Notes: generated by a model from the letters alone, not told the origin. A stretch of 64,000 nt of DNA from an uncultured candidate division Zixibacteria bacterium (GCA_963806185.1 CAWDXE010000005.1:64001-128000), one strand, 5' to 3'. Positions 19,692 to 31,438 are shown, counted from the first letter of the stretch. Program-made: numbers and translations.

Positions 19692-21262
19692 TGCTGATGC
19701 TCCCGGAGGATTTTTCCGACGGCGGCGATATCCGGATCGGACTTGATCACTTCAACATACCCGGCGTATTCGCCGCGAGCGCGGGTGACGGCGATTTCGC
19801 GAAGGCGATTCCTGATGTACCGGCCGTTCTGGTGGAACTGTTCGTGATCGAGTGATTTGACGCGATCGACCAGTTGATTGATCACTCGAAACGTGGCGGG
19901 TGAGGCCGAGTCGATAGCCGCAGCGATCACCAGCTGACGGGCGGACTCGGTCAGTGGGGAACGAAAAGAGAATCCACTCTGTTCGGCGTATGCGTATAGC
20001 GAATCGATCCAGGCGTCGGCCATGTCCGCATGATCGCTCTGGGCGAGGATGGCATCCTGGTGACGGGCGGTGAAGTCGAACAGGAGGCCGCCAATTTCGA
20101 TGGCGCGGACGAAGGGGGTTTCCTCGCGGAATTGCAGCGGGTAGTCGGGAGCGAGGCCCTGGCCGGTGTCGTGCAGGACAGAGTCGAGCGCGTTGAGGAA
20201 TACCTTACCTTCAAGATAGTAGCGCGAGATGGTGAGGCGGGTGCCGCTGCCGTCGGGCCAGCGGGTGAAGCCCTGCACCAGTCCCTTGCCGAACGTCGTG
20301 TCACCGACCAGAATGGCTCGCTTATTTTGGCGCAGGGCGCCGGCGACGATTTCGGAGGCGGAGGCAGAGCCGCGGTCGACGACGATGGCGATGGGGAGCC
20401 CGCCGGTGATATCCGTTTCTTTGGTGCGATACTCATCTTCGCGCCAGCGCGAGCGTCCCTCCAGCCCGACGACGAGGTCGCCCTCGTTGAGTAACAGCTC
20501 GGCGGTCTTAATGGCTTCGTTGAGCTGGCCGCCGGGGTTGTTGCGGAGATCGATAATCAGGCCATGAGGTTTCCCACCGGGCTTATTAAGGAGCGAATCG
20601 AGGGCGGCGCGCAATTCGTCGGAGACGCCGGCGTCAAAATCGAGGATGCGCACATAGAGCAGCGAATCGGGAGTGATCCCGGCGAAGGGGATGTGAACGA
20701 GATCGATTTTCGCCCGGGTGACGGTAGTGGCGAGCGTGTCACCGGTGGCCGGACGAAAGAGAGTGATGCGGACAGTGGTGCCCTCTTCGCCCCTCAGGTG
20801 CGAGGAGGCATCGCGCATAGCGCTGCCGGCAAGATCCACGGAATCGGCCTTGAGGAGGATATCGCCGTTGGCAATGCCGGCGCGGGAGGCGGGTCCGTTT
20901 TCGCGGACCGACTGAACCTGCAGGCCATCGGCGTGGCGGATGATAGTGACGCCGATGCCGCCGTAGCTGCCCTCCTCTTCCTCATCCATCTGCCGGAACT
21001 GCCAGGGTTCGACATAGCTGGAGAACCGATCGAGGTGTTCAAACATGCCATTGATGGCGTTGTTGGTGAGGGTGTCGAGGTTGACCGGCTCGGGATAGAT
21101 ATGCTGAATAGTGTAGGCGACGTCGCGGAAGAGCATGGCGGTGCGGATGGAAGGGTCAGTGGCGACGTAGATGGCCATGCCGCCATTGAGCAGAACGATG
21201 AGGACGACGAGGAGGGCGGCCAGGAGAATGTTGCGCCGGGCGAGCGTATAGTCGGTTGTCAT
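19688..21262 (-). CDS. S41 C-terminal processing peptidase with PDZ domain (CtpA-like)
   Basis: YGGIG PDZ loop, IDLRNNPGG, SASASEIVAGAL, TFGKG. Confidence 0.95.
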   Translation of the reverse strand: MTTDYTLARRNILLAALLVVLIVLLNGGMAIYVATDPSIRTAMLFRDVAYTIQHIYPEPVNLDTLTNNAINGMFEHLDRFSSYVEPWQFRQMDEEEEGSYGGIGVTIIRHADGLQVQSVRENGPASRAGIANGDILLKADSVDLAGSAMRDASSHLRGEEGTTVRITLFRPATGDTLATTVTRAKIDLVHIPFAGITPDSLLYVRILDFDAGVSDELRAALDSLLNKPGGKPHGLIIDLRNNPGGQLNEAIKTAELLLNEGDLVVGLEGRSRWREDEYRTKETDITGGLPIAIVVDRGSASASEIVAGALRQNKRAILVGDTTFGKGLVQGFTRWPDGSGTRLTISRYYLEGKVFLNALDSVLHDTGQGLAPDYPLQFREETPFVRAIEIGGLLFDFTARHQDAILAQSDHADMADAWIDSLYAYAEQSGFSFRSPLTESARQLVIAAAIDSASPATFRVINQLVDRVKSLDHEQFHQNGRYIRNRLREIAVTRARGEYAGYVEVIKSDPDIAAVGKILREHQQ

Positions 21263-21888
21263 TTGAGGCGAAGTTTCTCTTTGACCAGGTGAATGACTTC
21301 GGCGGCGACAATTTCGACAGGGCGGGCGGTTTTTACCACGTGGATGCGCCGGGGTTCGCGTTTGGCGATTTCCAGGTAGCCGCGCCGCACTCGATTGAAG
21401 AAGACCCGGGACTGGGCCTCGAGACGGTCGGGGGTCTTGCCGCGCCGTCCATAGGAGGCGCGCAAATCAAGATCAAACAACAAAGTCAGGGCAGGTTTGA
21501 TGCGGCCCACGGCAATCTGGTGGAGTCGGCGAACCACTGGGAGGGGGATGCCGCGACCGTAGCCCTGGTAGGCGGTGGTGCTGTCATAGAAGCGGTCGCA
21601 GAGGACGATTTCGCCCTGAGCGAGTGCGGGTTCGATTTCCCGCCAGGTGAGTTCGGCGCGGGCGGCCTCGTAGAGGAGGAGTTCGGCGAGATCGGTAATA
21701 TCGAGGCGGCGGTCGAGGAGGATTTCGCGGATGCGTTCGGCGGCTTTGGTGGAGCCGGGTTCGCGCAGGACGACCACGGAGAGGTTGCGTTGGCGCAGGA
21801 AGGACTCGACTCGTTTGAGGTGAGTCGATTTGCCGGAGCCATCGATCCCTTCGAAAGTGATCAGTTTGCCGCGGGGAGATTTGGTCAT
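21259..21888 (-). CDS. tmk: Thymidylate kinase
   Basis: FEGIDGSGKST, REPG, CDRFYDSTTAYQG. Confidence 0.97.
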   Translation of the reverse strand: MTKSPRGKLITFEGIDGSGKSTHLKRVESFLRQRNLSVVVLREPGSTKAAERIREILLDRRLDITDLAELLLYEAARAELTWREIEPALAQGEIVLCDRFYDSTTAYQGYGRGIPLPVVRRLHQIAVGRIKPALTLLFDLDLRASYGRRGKTPDRLEAQSRVFFNRVRRGYLEIAKREPRRIHVVKTARPVEIVAAEVIHLVKEKLRLK

Positions 21889-21921
21889 GGGACGTGTTCC
21901 GTGCACCTCAGGAATCTCGTT

Positions 21922-22530
21922 TTAAGGCAGCCGAGTCGGCACTCCCGGATTATGAATATAGGGCTTTGTCTCGAGAATTTCGAATTGAACTTCCTTCAAT
22001 TCTTCGGCCAGGACCTTGCCTGTCGTTCGATCGATCATGTGCATTTTGACACCGACACGAAGGTCATGTCTTCCGCACTTATCCGGGATGTTAATGGCCG
22101 TGTCGACAATGAAGCCGACGGGTTGCAGCTTACCGTTTGCATACTCCAAGTCAGTGGCCGACCCGACGTACTGGTTTGGTCTCTTTTCCTTTGACCGGGC
22201 CGCAATCCACTCTCCCTCGGTCTGCGGATGCAGACAAAATGTGTTTGTCAGGCATTGACCTGAGAAACAGAGGCTGTCCACCACCAGAATTGGGATAGTA
22301 TCCAGTCGGGTTGTGTCATGGTGTGCCGACATAAAGCGGAGGGCGCAGCTAACGTATCCCAACCTCTCCGCCGGGCCACCGAAGAGCGAAAGATTGTACC
22401 TGTCGAACAACGGGACCCGCTGCTCTGATCTTTCGGCTCTGAAAGACCGAACCGGTGCGAACGTGCAAGTGACTACGCATGCTGCGAAAACAATCAGAGT
22501 CGGAACAACTACCTGCTTTACTGATCGCAT
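21922..22530 (-). CDS. Hypothetical exported protein
   Basis: About 200-aa ORF with a hydrophobic N-terminus, filling the gap between ino1 and tmk; start uncertain. Confidence 0.55.
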   Translation of the reverse strand: MRSVKQVVVPTLIVFAACVVTCTFAPVRSFRAERSEQRVPLFDRYNLSLFGGPAERLGYVSCALRFMSAHHDTTRLDTIPILVVDSLCFSGQCLTNTFCLHPQTEGEWIAARSKEKRPNQYVGSATDLEYANGKLQPVGFIVDTAINIPDKCGRHDLRVGVKMHMIDRTTGKVLAEELKEVQFEILETKPYIHNPGVPTRLP

Positions 22531-22655
22531 AGACATCCGGCGCCCCATCCTGCAAACATTGCGGCGGCTTCGTCTCAGCTTATCTCAAAAAGAAACCGGC
22601 GGCAGGCTTTCGCCATACCGCCGGAAAGGTACGCAGTGCGCAAATGCGTGCCAAT

Positions 22656-23849
<1,194 letters not shown>

Positions 23850-23993
23850 AGTACTGAATTCCCTTTATGTCTTGCCGTTACAGTTTGTCACGGACAGTAG
23901 TTTTCTATGCTTTGAGTATACTTCGCTTGAGAAGGGGGGGTCAAATGCAATTTGCGTACCGGGGCAAAATATATAATATTAGTTCATATATCA

Positions 23994-24007
23994 TGACCGT
24001 GTAGTCA
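23994..24007. promoter_or_regulatory. Probable TetR operator
   Basis: TGAC-N6-GTCA palindrome just upstream of the TetR RBS. Confidence 0.5.
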
Positions 24008-24023
24008 CTTCGGAGGTAAGCGC

Positions 24024-24671
24024 GTGCTTGATGAAAATGTCGTGGCACAACTGGTTAAGCGTAAAGTGGCGAGCGACACGTTCCGGCGGCTGGCACCGGA
24101 GAAGAAAGAGCTGGTCTATCGTGCGGCGCTTCGGTTGTTCGGGGAATACGGATATGACGGGTTAAGTGTTGAACAACTGTGCAAAGAAGCATCGATCTCC
24201 AAGGGGTCGTTCTTCCAGTACTTTCCGTCAAAGAGCCATTTGCTGGAGTTTGCCCTGCTGGTATTTGACGACTACCTGGCGAAGTGGGTGGCGGAGGTGC
24301 GGCGGAATGAAAAGGCGGTGTTGGCGCGGGACCGGCTGAAGTATCTGTATGACGCGCTGGTGGTGAACACCAAGTTCTTTTCCGCCGAGAAGTCGTTTTA
24401 TCTCTTTGCGACGAGCGCGATCGATCATTCTGCGGTGGCGATCGAGGGGATCGACCTGGAGCGGCACTTTCATCAGCATATAGCAGAGATTATCGAGCGG
24501 GGTGAGAAGACGGGAGAGATACGGGGCGATTTCGACGTCGAGCAGACGGGCTACCTGGTGTCGATCATCATGCAGGCGCTGGTGAGCCGTCATTTTTCGG
24601 CGACCCGGCGCCCCCGGCTTCAGACGGGGGCGTACCTGGTGTCGTTTTTGTTTGACGGGATCAAGGCATAG
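24024..24671 (+). CDS. TetR/AcrR family regulator
   Basis: HTH LFGEYGYDGLSVEQLCKEASISKGSFFQYFPSK; RBS GGAGGT before GTG. Confidence 0.93.
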   Translation: MLDENVVAQLVKRKVASDTFRRLAPEKKELVYRAALRLFGEYGYDGLSVEQLCKEASISKGSFFQYFPSKSHLLEFALLVFDDYLAKWVAEVRRNEKAVLARDRLKYLYDALVVNTKFFSAEKSFYLFATSAIDHSAVAIEGIDLERHFHQHIAEIIERGEKTGEIRGDFDVEQTGYLVSIIMQALVSRHFSATRRPRLQTGAYLVSFLFDGIKA

Positions 24672-24685
24672 CCGGCGCGCGACGG

Positions 24686-26395
24686 TCACATGAGGTTATG
24701 CACGACGCGGGCGCGCAGGAGATACTGGTTGGTGTTCGTGTCATTCACGCTCAACTGGGGATATTCGTCGCCGGCCTCTGATTCGAAGGCAAAGCCGACC
24801 TGCAGGCTGGTCTGTATTTGCAGGCGGTAGGTGAAATTCAGGTTCAGGCGGAATTGGTGCCAGTCACTGGTGACCGAGCCGTCGTCAATCTCCGGGTCGG
24901 TATCGGACGGGACGTCCGTGTGGTGATAGCTGAATTTCTCGCTGCCGATCCGGCCGAGAATTCCACCGGTCAGTGATGTGCGGCCGTCGAAAAAGTAGCC
25001 GAGTGAGGCGGTGGCGTAGGCGTATTGAGAGTGGTCGTAGTCGCGCGTGACCACGTCAGTGTGACTATAGTACGAATCACCCAAGGTTTCGCTGGTGGTC
25101 GAGTCTTTGGCGGAGGGGTCAAAGGCGAGCCTCCCCCCTGCGTCGGCGTCAAATTGCCAATGGGTATTCAGCGGGCGGTGGTATTCCACAATGGCGGTCA
25201 CAACCGGTTTGCGAATGTTCTCATAGTGGTAATCCTTATCCCAGCCAGACCATTCATACGAATCAACTTCATTGGCGATCGTCTGGGAATAATCCTCGGT
25301 GACACTGCGGCTCTGCCGGGAGTAACTGATGCCGACGCCGGCACGGGCGCGCCAGCCGAATTGGCGTTTGATGCCGTACGATGAGGGGTAAAGGGCGTAA
25401 TCGTTGGCGCCGTGATACTCAGCGCCGGTGCCGACGGCCGACGGCCGTGGGTAGTAGTCCCAGATATCCGCAATGGCAGCGAATCCGGCCGGGCCGAGGT
25501 CATCGGTGAGATGTTCCGTACGAAGATAGTCGAGGATGGCTGTGAGCGACTGGATGCGATGTTGGCGGCTGTCGACGGCGTGGGTCTGCCAGCGGTGGAA
25601 GATCAGATCGGTTAGAGCCATCATCTGGTCGTGGCTCGGCTCGGCCTTCAGGAGGCCGGACTGGCGCAATTCGCTCATGATTGCCAGGGCAGTGTAGGCG
25701 AAACTGCCGTCGTAGACACGACCATAGCCCGGGAGCAATTCGGCATTGAGATTGAGGTAGCGATCATAGGACGATGATTTCGTTCGATTGTAGGTGCGTT
25801 GCCAATTATAGGTCGGATAGTAATACTCGGAATAGTATCGTTGTTCATAAAGCATGTCCGGGGTCCCATAATACGAGTAGTTCGCCGCACCACGCAGGGA
25901 GACGAACCAATCATTCTGCAGGTAGGAGCCATATTCGCCGGAGAGGTGCAGCCATGCTGCCTGTTCGCCGGCGTTGCGAGTCTGCTCGGCAGAGTAAGCT
26001 TCCCTGCCACCTTGTCCATCCGGGTAGTCGTTGATCCGCTCCCTTTTCTCTGAGTAGTGATTGTGATCCAAACGACCGCTCACGTTGAGCGACGACACCG
26101 TCCAGCGATCCACTCCCTGGTACTCGTACCGAGGCAGAGTGCTGAGGGTAATTGAGCGGTTGTTGTTATCGGTTTTTTGCCAGTCCTTGGTGGCGTAGCC
26201 GGTCGAATTGTAGTCAGTGTGGCTGTTATAACCCTGCCATTCGGTGTTACCGATCAGCGGCCATTGCAGGTCGCCGTAACCGATGGGGCGGTAGCTGGTG
26301 AGATCAAAGGGTTTCTGTTGTGCGCTCAGGGAAGATGAGAGAAGCAGGACGAGCACGAGAGTGCTCAATTTGAATGGTAAGCCCAAGTGTAGCAT
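24686..26395 (-). CDS. Hypothetical outer-membrane beta-barrel-like protein (paralog A)
   Basis: Signal peptide; Tyr/Ser/Asp-rich amphipathic strands; shares PG.GRVY.GSFAYTA with the next gene. Confidence 0.75.
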   Translation of the reverse strand: MLHLGLPFKLSTLVLVLLLSSSLSAQQKPFDLTSYRPIGYGDLQWPLIGNTEWQGYNSHTDYNSTGYATKDWQKTDNNNRSITLSTLPRYEYQGVDRWTVSSLNVSGRLDHNHYSEKRERINDYPDGQGGREAYSAEQTRNAGEQAAWLHLSGEYGSYLQNDWFVSLRGAANYSYYGTPDMLYEQRYYSEYYYPTYNWQRTYNRTKSSSYDRYLNLNAELLPGYGRVYDGSFAYTALAIMSELRQSGLLKAEPSHDQMMALTDLIFHRWQTHAVDSRQHRIQSLTAILDYLRTEHLTDDLGPAGFAAIADIWDYYPRPSAVGTGAEYHGANDYALYPSSYGIKRQFGWRARAGVGISYSRQSRSVTEDYSQTIANEVDSYEWSGWDKDYHYENIRKPVVTAIVEYHRPLNTHWQFDADAGGRLAFDPSAKDSTTSETLGDSYYSHTDVVTRDYDHSQYAYATASLGYFFDGRTSLTGGILGRIGSEKFSYHHTDVPSDTDPEIDDGSVTSDWHQFRLNLNFTYRLQIQTSLQVGFAFESEAGDEYPQLSVNDTNTNQYLLRARVVHNLM

Positions 26396-26547
26396 ACATT
26401 GGCTCCCGGAATGAGGATGGTGTGATATACGCCGACGAATCGGCGCAGGGACACTATTCTTACAAATGTATCATATATATTCTTCCCGGCAAGTTGACAA
26501 AAAGTGCGATTTTCTTTGGCATGAGCCAGCAGGAGCGGGAGCGCGGC

Positions 26548-28170
26548 TCAGATCAGGTAGTGGGTGAGTTTGATCGAGTAGTTGAGTCTGGCGGTTGTAC
26601 TCGGACGAGTGCTCGTGATATTCTGATTGTATCGCACATATGTGACTGTTACCCCCAGATTCGTGGGAACCGCCAGACGCCACCGGTAGGCGGTGGAGAC
26701 GGATAAATCGTAATGCGTTCCCCGAGAGGAGTTTTCGCCACGTCCGACCTGGGAATGCTCGACCGAATGGACCACCGCCAGCCGAATCGAATTGCGATAG
26801 TCAAAGATGTAGTCCAGGGCGAGATTGGTCGACATATCGTAACGATCGTGTTCGGTATTTGAAGTGGAATCGTGCGACACACTTACGGCTGACGAGTCAA
26901 GGTCGTAGGTTCTCACTTCGGACTTGGAGTTGTTCCCTGTTTGGAAGTAGCTGCTGGCTACAAGAGATGCCGAAGCCTGCCAATGAAAGGACAAGGGGCG
27001 ATACCATTCGACTCCACAACGGATAAACGACTCATACTCTTCTTGTTTGCTGTCAGTTGACTTAATGTACCTGTCATGTCCGACAACGCTAGAGGTATCG
27101 AGGGTGCTGTCAGTACTATGGAATTGCGTATATGACGAGTAGTAATCGAAAGTTTGCGATCGGTCAGTTTCATATCGTTGATAGAATCCACCGCAACCGA
27201 CGCGTATGCGCCAGCCGAACGGTCGGCCACCACTGCTTGCGAGCGATGACGGGCGCACAGTGGAGGACGGAGGCATCTCACTTCCGATCGCCACGCCGGA
27301 CACAAAATAATCCCAAACGTCGATCAAATACACCGGCGCCGTAATGTCGCTTTCGGCAATGATGCCTTGGGTTACAAGGTAGGCAACGATGGCCTCGATG
27401 GCGACGATTCGATGATCCCGCGAATCGATGGGTCTGAACTTGCGATACCATTGGATGGTGTCACAGAGCGAGGCATATTCCGCGGCGCTGGGCGACCGTT
27501 GGAGTAGATTCTTCTTCTTCAGGACGTTTATCATTGATATGGCCGTATAGGCGAAACTGCCTTCGTAGACACGCCCTACACCGGGCATCAATTCGCCCGA
27601 GAATCGCCAGTTCCGGTCGATCCGTTCGTTCTGATCATCAGTCCATGAATCGCCTACGTTCTCATAGAGCGTCCCTATCACGTGCTGATGGGTGTGCATT
27701 TTACGGTGATCAGGAGAAGTCTCGGCGTATCCACCCTCGAATTCGCCAATAAACGACAGAAAGGCATTCCCCTTTACGAAGCGGGCATACTCAACTTGAG
27801 GGTACACAGAGATACTATATTGCTGCCTCTTTTCCCAGTCTGTGATGTAGTTTTCTGGAATGTAAGTTGACGTGTGCGTCTCATCATATTTCTCAAGCGC
27901 GCCGGCGAGGCCGGTAGACAGAGAGAAGCGGCTGAAAACCTGCGGCGTATATGAGTACATGTACAATCGACTGTTGGCGCGAGCGGTGACGGCGTCGCTT
28001 GGCCGAGATTCAGTCCCGCCCAGCGATCCGTCGACATACCACCGCCACTGCGTGAAGTGGGTTGGGATATAACTGGTAATGGTGAAGGTCGAATCCTGTG
28101 AATAGACTGAACTGCCCAAAAGCGAAGAAGCGATGATTAAGGCGTATGCGAATCTTTTGGCGCTTCCCAT
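26548..28170 (-). CDS. Hypothetical outer-membrane beta-barrel-like protein (paralog B)
   Basis: Promoter TTGACG-N17-TATACT; RBS GGGAGG before MGSAKRF; signal peptide; paralogous blocks. Confidence 0.75.
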   Translation of the reverse strand: MGSAKRFAYALIIASSLLGSSVYSQDSTFTITSYIPTHFTQWRWYVDGSLGGTESRPSDAVTARANSRLYMYSYTPQVFSRFSLSTGLAGALEKYDETHTSTYIPENYITDWEKRQQYSISVYPQVEYARFVKGNAFLSFIGEFEGGYAETSPDHRKMHTHQHVIGTLYENVGDSWTDDQNERIDRNWRFSGELMPGVGRVYEGSFAYTAISMINVLKKKNLLQRSPSAAEYASLCDTIQWYRKFRPIDSRDHRIVAIEAIVAYLVTQGIIAESDITAPVYLIDVWDYFVSGVAIGSEMPPSSTVRPSSLASSGGRPFGWRIRVGCGGFYQRYETDRSQTFDYYSSYTQFHSTDSTLDTSSVVGHDRYIKSTDSKQEEYESFIRCGVEWYRPLSFHWQASASLVASSYFQTGNNSKSEVRTYDLDSSAVSVSHDSTSNTEHDRYDMSTNLALDYIFDYRNSIRLAVVHSVEHSQVGRGENSSRGTHYDLSVSTAYRWRLAVPTNLGVTVTYVRYNQNITSTRPSTTARLNYSIKLTHYLI

Positions 28171-28292
28171 CGGTAACCTCCCGAAAGACGACTGCGGAAC
28201 AACGTGCCAGAGCCGGCACATTGACAATCAGGTGCAGTATACGCGACGGGAGCCGGGGCGTCAACGAGAAAATGTAGCAGTCAGTCGATTAA

Positions 28293-28634
28293 TCAGTACA
28301 GGCGCGCGCCGATTTCGGCCTCGTCGAAAGGACGGGCCATTGAGAGCCCTCCCCCGACCTTATTGACACCAAGCACGAGCACCTCGGACATGAAGCCGCC
28401 GATGTTCTTGGGGGCGAAGTTCACGACGGCCAGGCATTGCTTGTTGAGCAGTTGTTCGGGCGAATAGTCTTTCTTGAAACGGGCGGAAGACTGTTTGACA
28501 CCGATCGCAGGGCCAAAATCAATTTTCAATTTGTAGGTGGGGACGCGGGCACGTTCGAAATCGGTGACCTCAATAATTTTGCCAACGCGGATGTCGACTT
28601 TCTCGAAGTCGTCAAAGGAAATGATTTCGGTCAT
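28293..28634 (-). CDS. csaA: tRNA-binding OB-fold protein (CsaA/Trbp111 family)
   Basis: DFEKVDIRVGKI, IDFG, VVNFAPKNIGGFMSEVLVLG. Confidence 0.9.
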   Translation of the reverse strand: MTEIISFDDFEKVDIRVGKIIEVTDFERARVPTYKLKIDFGPAIGVKQSSARFKKDYSPEQLLNKQCLAVVNFAPKNIGGFMSEVLVLGVNKVGGGLSMARPFDEAEIGARLY

Positions 28635-28636
28635 AA

Positions 28637-29209
28637 TTACTTGGTGCGGTCAAAGGTGAAGCGGTCATAGGCGAAGATCTCCTCGGGCGCTTTGCGCGTG
28701 CGGGGAGCCTCGTCTTTTTTGCGCGTGCGTTCGTCGAGCTGATCGAGCGATCCCTGGTAGCCGACGGTGATGATGCACTGAACGTGGTATTCGTCGGGGA
28801 TGTCGAGCGCCGTTTTGAGCGCAAAGGCATCGTAGCCGCCCATCGGGTGGGCCAGCAGACCTTCGTCGACTGTGGCAAGCAGGAATGACATGACGGCCAG
28901 GCCGCAGCCAAACTGGTAATACTGCACGGGATCATCGGTGCGGATGGAATCGTCTTTCGGCCGAGAAATCACGGCGACAAGCAGGGGGGCGCGAACGGCC
29001 CAGTCGTTCCATTTGGAGAGGCATTTGATGAATTTGGCGTGCTGTTCGCGGTCGCGCACAAAGATGAATTTCCATGGCTGGTTATTGTTGCTGGAGGGTG
29101 ACCAGCGGGTGGCCTCGAGGATGCGATCGAGTTTGTCCTGTTCGATCGGTTTGTCGAGGAACGAGCGAAGCGATTTCCGACGAAAAAATATAGAATCGGG
29201 TGCGGGCAT
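28637..29209 (-). CDS. Nitroreductase family protein
   Basis: RKSLRSF, WSPSSNNNQPWKF, EGL, GY, R.RK; RBS GGAGGAG. Confidence 0.93.
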   Translation of the reverse strand: MPAPDSIFFRRKSLRSFLDKPIEQDKLDRILEATRWSPSSNNNQPWKFIFVRDREQHAKFIKCLSKWNDWAVRAPLLVAVISRPKDDSIRTDDPVQYYQFGCGLAVMSFLLATVDEGLLAHPMGGYDAFALKTALDIPDEYHVQCIITVGYQGSLDQLDERTRKKDEAPRTRKAPEEIFAYDRFTFDRTK

Positions 29210-29269
29210 GGCTCCTCCCTGCCTGGGGTTGTACGTTGGGGGTAAGATATGGGGGAAGGGGGTGATGGG

Positions 29270-29600
29270 CAATAGGGACCCCTACGGCCCTCACCCCAAC
29301 CCTCTCCCGATGGGAGAGGGAGCAAGAGTGGCACAAAAGGTCGAGAACGTTTGCGTATGACGCGAACAGGGACCCATGGATTCTGGACAGGGGTCCAGAA
29401 TGACAATGTGAAAGGTATGTTATAGGTAAGTTGGCGCACGTGACGCATGCCAGCCACAGGATTTGAATGAAAGGTGCGGTCAGGCACGGGGGCCTGACCG
29501 CACGCAAGCCGCGTATGAAGAACCGGTGGACATCTGTCGGGTCTTTACGCGAGCAAGGCTCGCTCCAAGACCCGACCTACGGGGTCTACCCTACCAGAAC
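29270..29600. repeat. Cluster of REP-like palindromes
   Basis: CCCTCACCCC..CTCTCCC..GGGAGAGGG; variant CCCATGGATTCTGGACAGGGGTCCAGAATGACAA at 29373-29406; GTCGGGTC..GACCCGACCTAC. Confidence 0.8.
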
Positions 29601-29618
29601 CATGACAACGATTGTGAA

Positions 29619-30554
29619 TTACTGGTTGACGGCGACGCGGACGCGATAATCATCCATCGCCAGAAGTTTCTTCTGGCGGTCGCGAACCATCGCTTCGGTC
29701 ATCACAAAATCGGGGCCGACATTTTCAATCATGATCGACGACGTGCACGAAGCGAAGCAGCCGGACTTGCGCAGATCGCCGCCGGTCTTGAGATATTCAA
29801 ACGTAAAGCCGGCCATGTACGTGTCCCCCGCGCCGGTAGCGTCGACCAGATCGATTTCGTACGGCGGGATATCAATGAAATTCTTGCCATCGTAAATGAC
29901 TGATCCGAGTTCGGCCAGAGTCACGATGACGATCTTTGGTCCCCATGATTTGATGATGCGCGCGGCCTCGTACGGATTCTCGCGGCAGTCGATGCCGGTG
30001 AGCACCTTGCCCTCGAGTTCGTTCGGCTTCACGATGTCGAACTGAGCAAGAGCGTCTTCGATACCGTCGGGTTTGTGATGAAAAATGCGACCGTCGTCGT
30101 GTGCGCCACGCAAGAGTCCCTGCGGATCGCAGAAGAAGTAACCGGAGAAGTTGCGGCGAATTTCGCGAATCTGCGAGAATGATACTTCACCGAGAATCGG
30201 GCCGATGAGCACACCCTCGGACTCGGCGTACAATCTGGGATCGATGGCAGCAATGTTGTCGGCACGGCCGAGGAGGTCGAGGGTGCGGTTGCCGAAATCG
30301 TCGTAATAGATCAGCGAGAAGCCGCCGGTTTCGCGCGAGGGCATGAGGGTGTGGTCGATGCCGTACTTAGTCAGATCGGAGCGGAACTTGTCGGCGAAAT
30401 CGGGGCCGACGGCACCAACGAGATGTGTCTTGGTGCCCAGTTTCGACAGAGCCAAAGCCGCGTTGGTGGAGCAGCCGGACAGGACTCGGCCGGGGGTCTG
30501 GATTTTCTGCGTTTTGATGAAATCGTAAACCGGGTTGCCGATGGCGATGATCAT
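29619..30554 (-). CDS. PfkB/ribokinase family kinase, candidate myo-inositol kinase
   Basis: DPQGLLR, KPNELE, DATGAGD; ATGA overlap with the upstream CDP-alcohol phosphotransferase. The substrate is inferred. Confidence 0.9.
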   Translation of the reverse strand: MIIAIGNPVYDFIKTQKIQTPGRVLSGCSTNAALALSKLGTKTHLVGAVGPDFADKFRSDLTKYGIDHTLMPSRETGGFSLIYYDDFGNRTLDLLGRADNIAAIDPRLYAESEGVLIGPILGEVSFSQIREIRRNFSGYFFCDPQGLLRGAHDDGRIFHHKPDGIEDALAQFDIVKPNELEGKVLTGIDCRENPYEAARIIKSWGPKIVIVTLAELGSVIYDGKNFIDIPPYEIDLVDATGAGDTYMAGFTFEYLKTGGDLRKSGCFASCTSSIMIENVGPDFVMTEAMVRDRQKKLLAMDDYRVRVAVNQ

Positions 30555-31198
30555 ACGTGCTTGCGATTGCCGAGGAGTTTTTTGGCGTAGACCATTCGTT
30601 GAATGGCGGTGATGATGGAAGTGGTGCCGACAATGATCAGCGCCAGTTCGAGCCAGCCGCCGCGCGGCCAAGTCCCCTTGGGCGCCCAGTGTTCGATGAC
30701 CGAGCCGACGATGATCAGGACGAATTTTTCCATTCGCCCCATGATGCCGACAGCGCAGTTTTCGATCTTGCCCATCGATTCGGCGGCGGCGCGGACGTAG
30801 GAGGCGATCAACATACCGAAAAGCGCGAACAGCCCCCAGCCGGGATTGACGGTGCCTGACAGGGTGATGCCGGCGAGGACGAAGAATTCGCCAAAGCGGT
30901 CGGAGACGTGATCGAGAATGCCGCCGTAGACGGTGCCCATGTTGCCGGCGCGCGCGGTAGAGCCGTCGAGCATATCGGTAAAGGCGGTGATAAGCATCCA
31001 GACGACGCCCCAGATCATCTTGGCCTGCCAGAAATAGATGCCGGAGATGATGGCGCAGATAAACGAGATGGCCGTAATGACGTTGGGGGTCAGGCCCAGT
31101 TTCAGGCAGATTTTGCCCAGAAAGAGGGAGGATTCCTCATACCATTGCCGTTTGCGCTGGTTGAAGGTGGGCGCTTCTTTGACCATTGGCTGTTGCAC
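30551..31198 (-). CDS. CDP-alcohol phosphatidyltransferase (PIP/AIP-synthase-like)
   Basis: TPN, DMLDGSTARAG..G..LDHVSDRFGE, SYVRAAAE, G.MGR.E. Confidence 0.93.
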   Translation of the reverse strand: MQQPMVKEAPTFNQRKRQWYEESSLFLGKICLKLGLTPNVITAISFICAIISGIYFWQAKMIWGVVWMLITAFTDMLDGSTARAGNMGTVYGGILDHVSDRFGEFFVLAGITLSGTVNPGWGLFALFGMLIASYVRAAAESMGKIENCAVGIMGRMEKFVLIIVGSVIEHWAPKGTWPRGGWLELALIIVGTTSIITAIQRMVYAKKLLGNRKHV

Positions 31199-31438
31199 AG
31201 TGGGGGCAATATATGTCGCCGCACAGGCGAGGTCAATTGGGGGTTTTTTTGGGGGGGATTAAGAGGCACTGGCAAGCCGGAAAGCGTTCAGCAAACAGTA
31301 TAGATTTGAAATTGCTTCGTTGCGATAGGAATCGCGCCTCGCAATGAGTGTTGTAGGCGGGAACTTGAATGAAACGTCGTTTTGGCTCGTTTCCCCCTCC
31401 GATTGACTTTTGGCGGAGATAGGGGGATATTGCCGCCC

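Noticed and set aside
29619..31198. Di-myo-inositol-phosphate (compatible solute) pathway
   Set aside because: No inositol-phosphate cytidylyltransferase is fused or adjacent; a lipid route fits better, though this is unproven.
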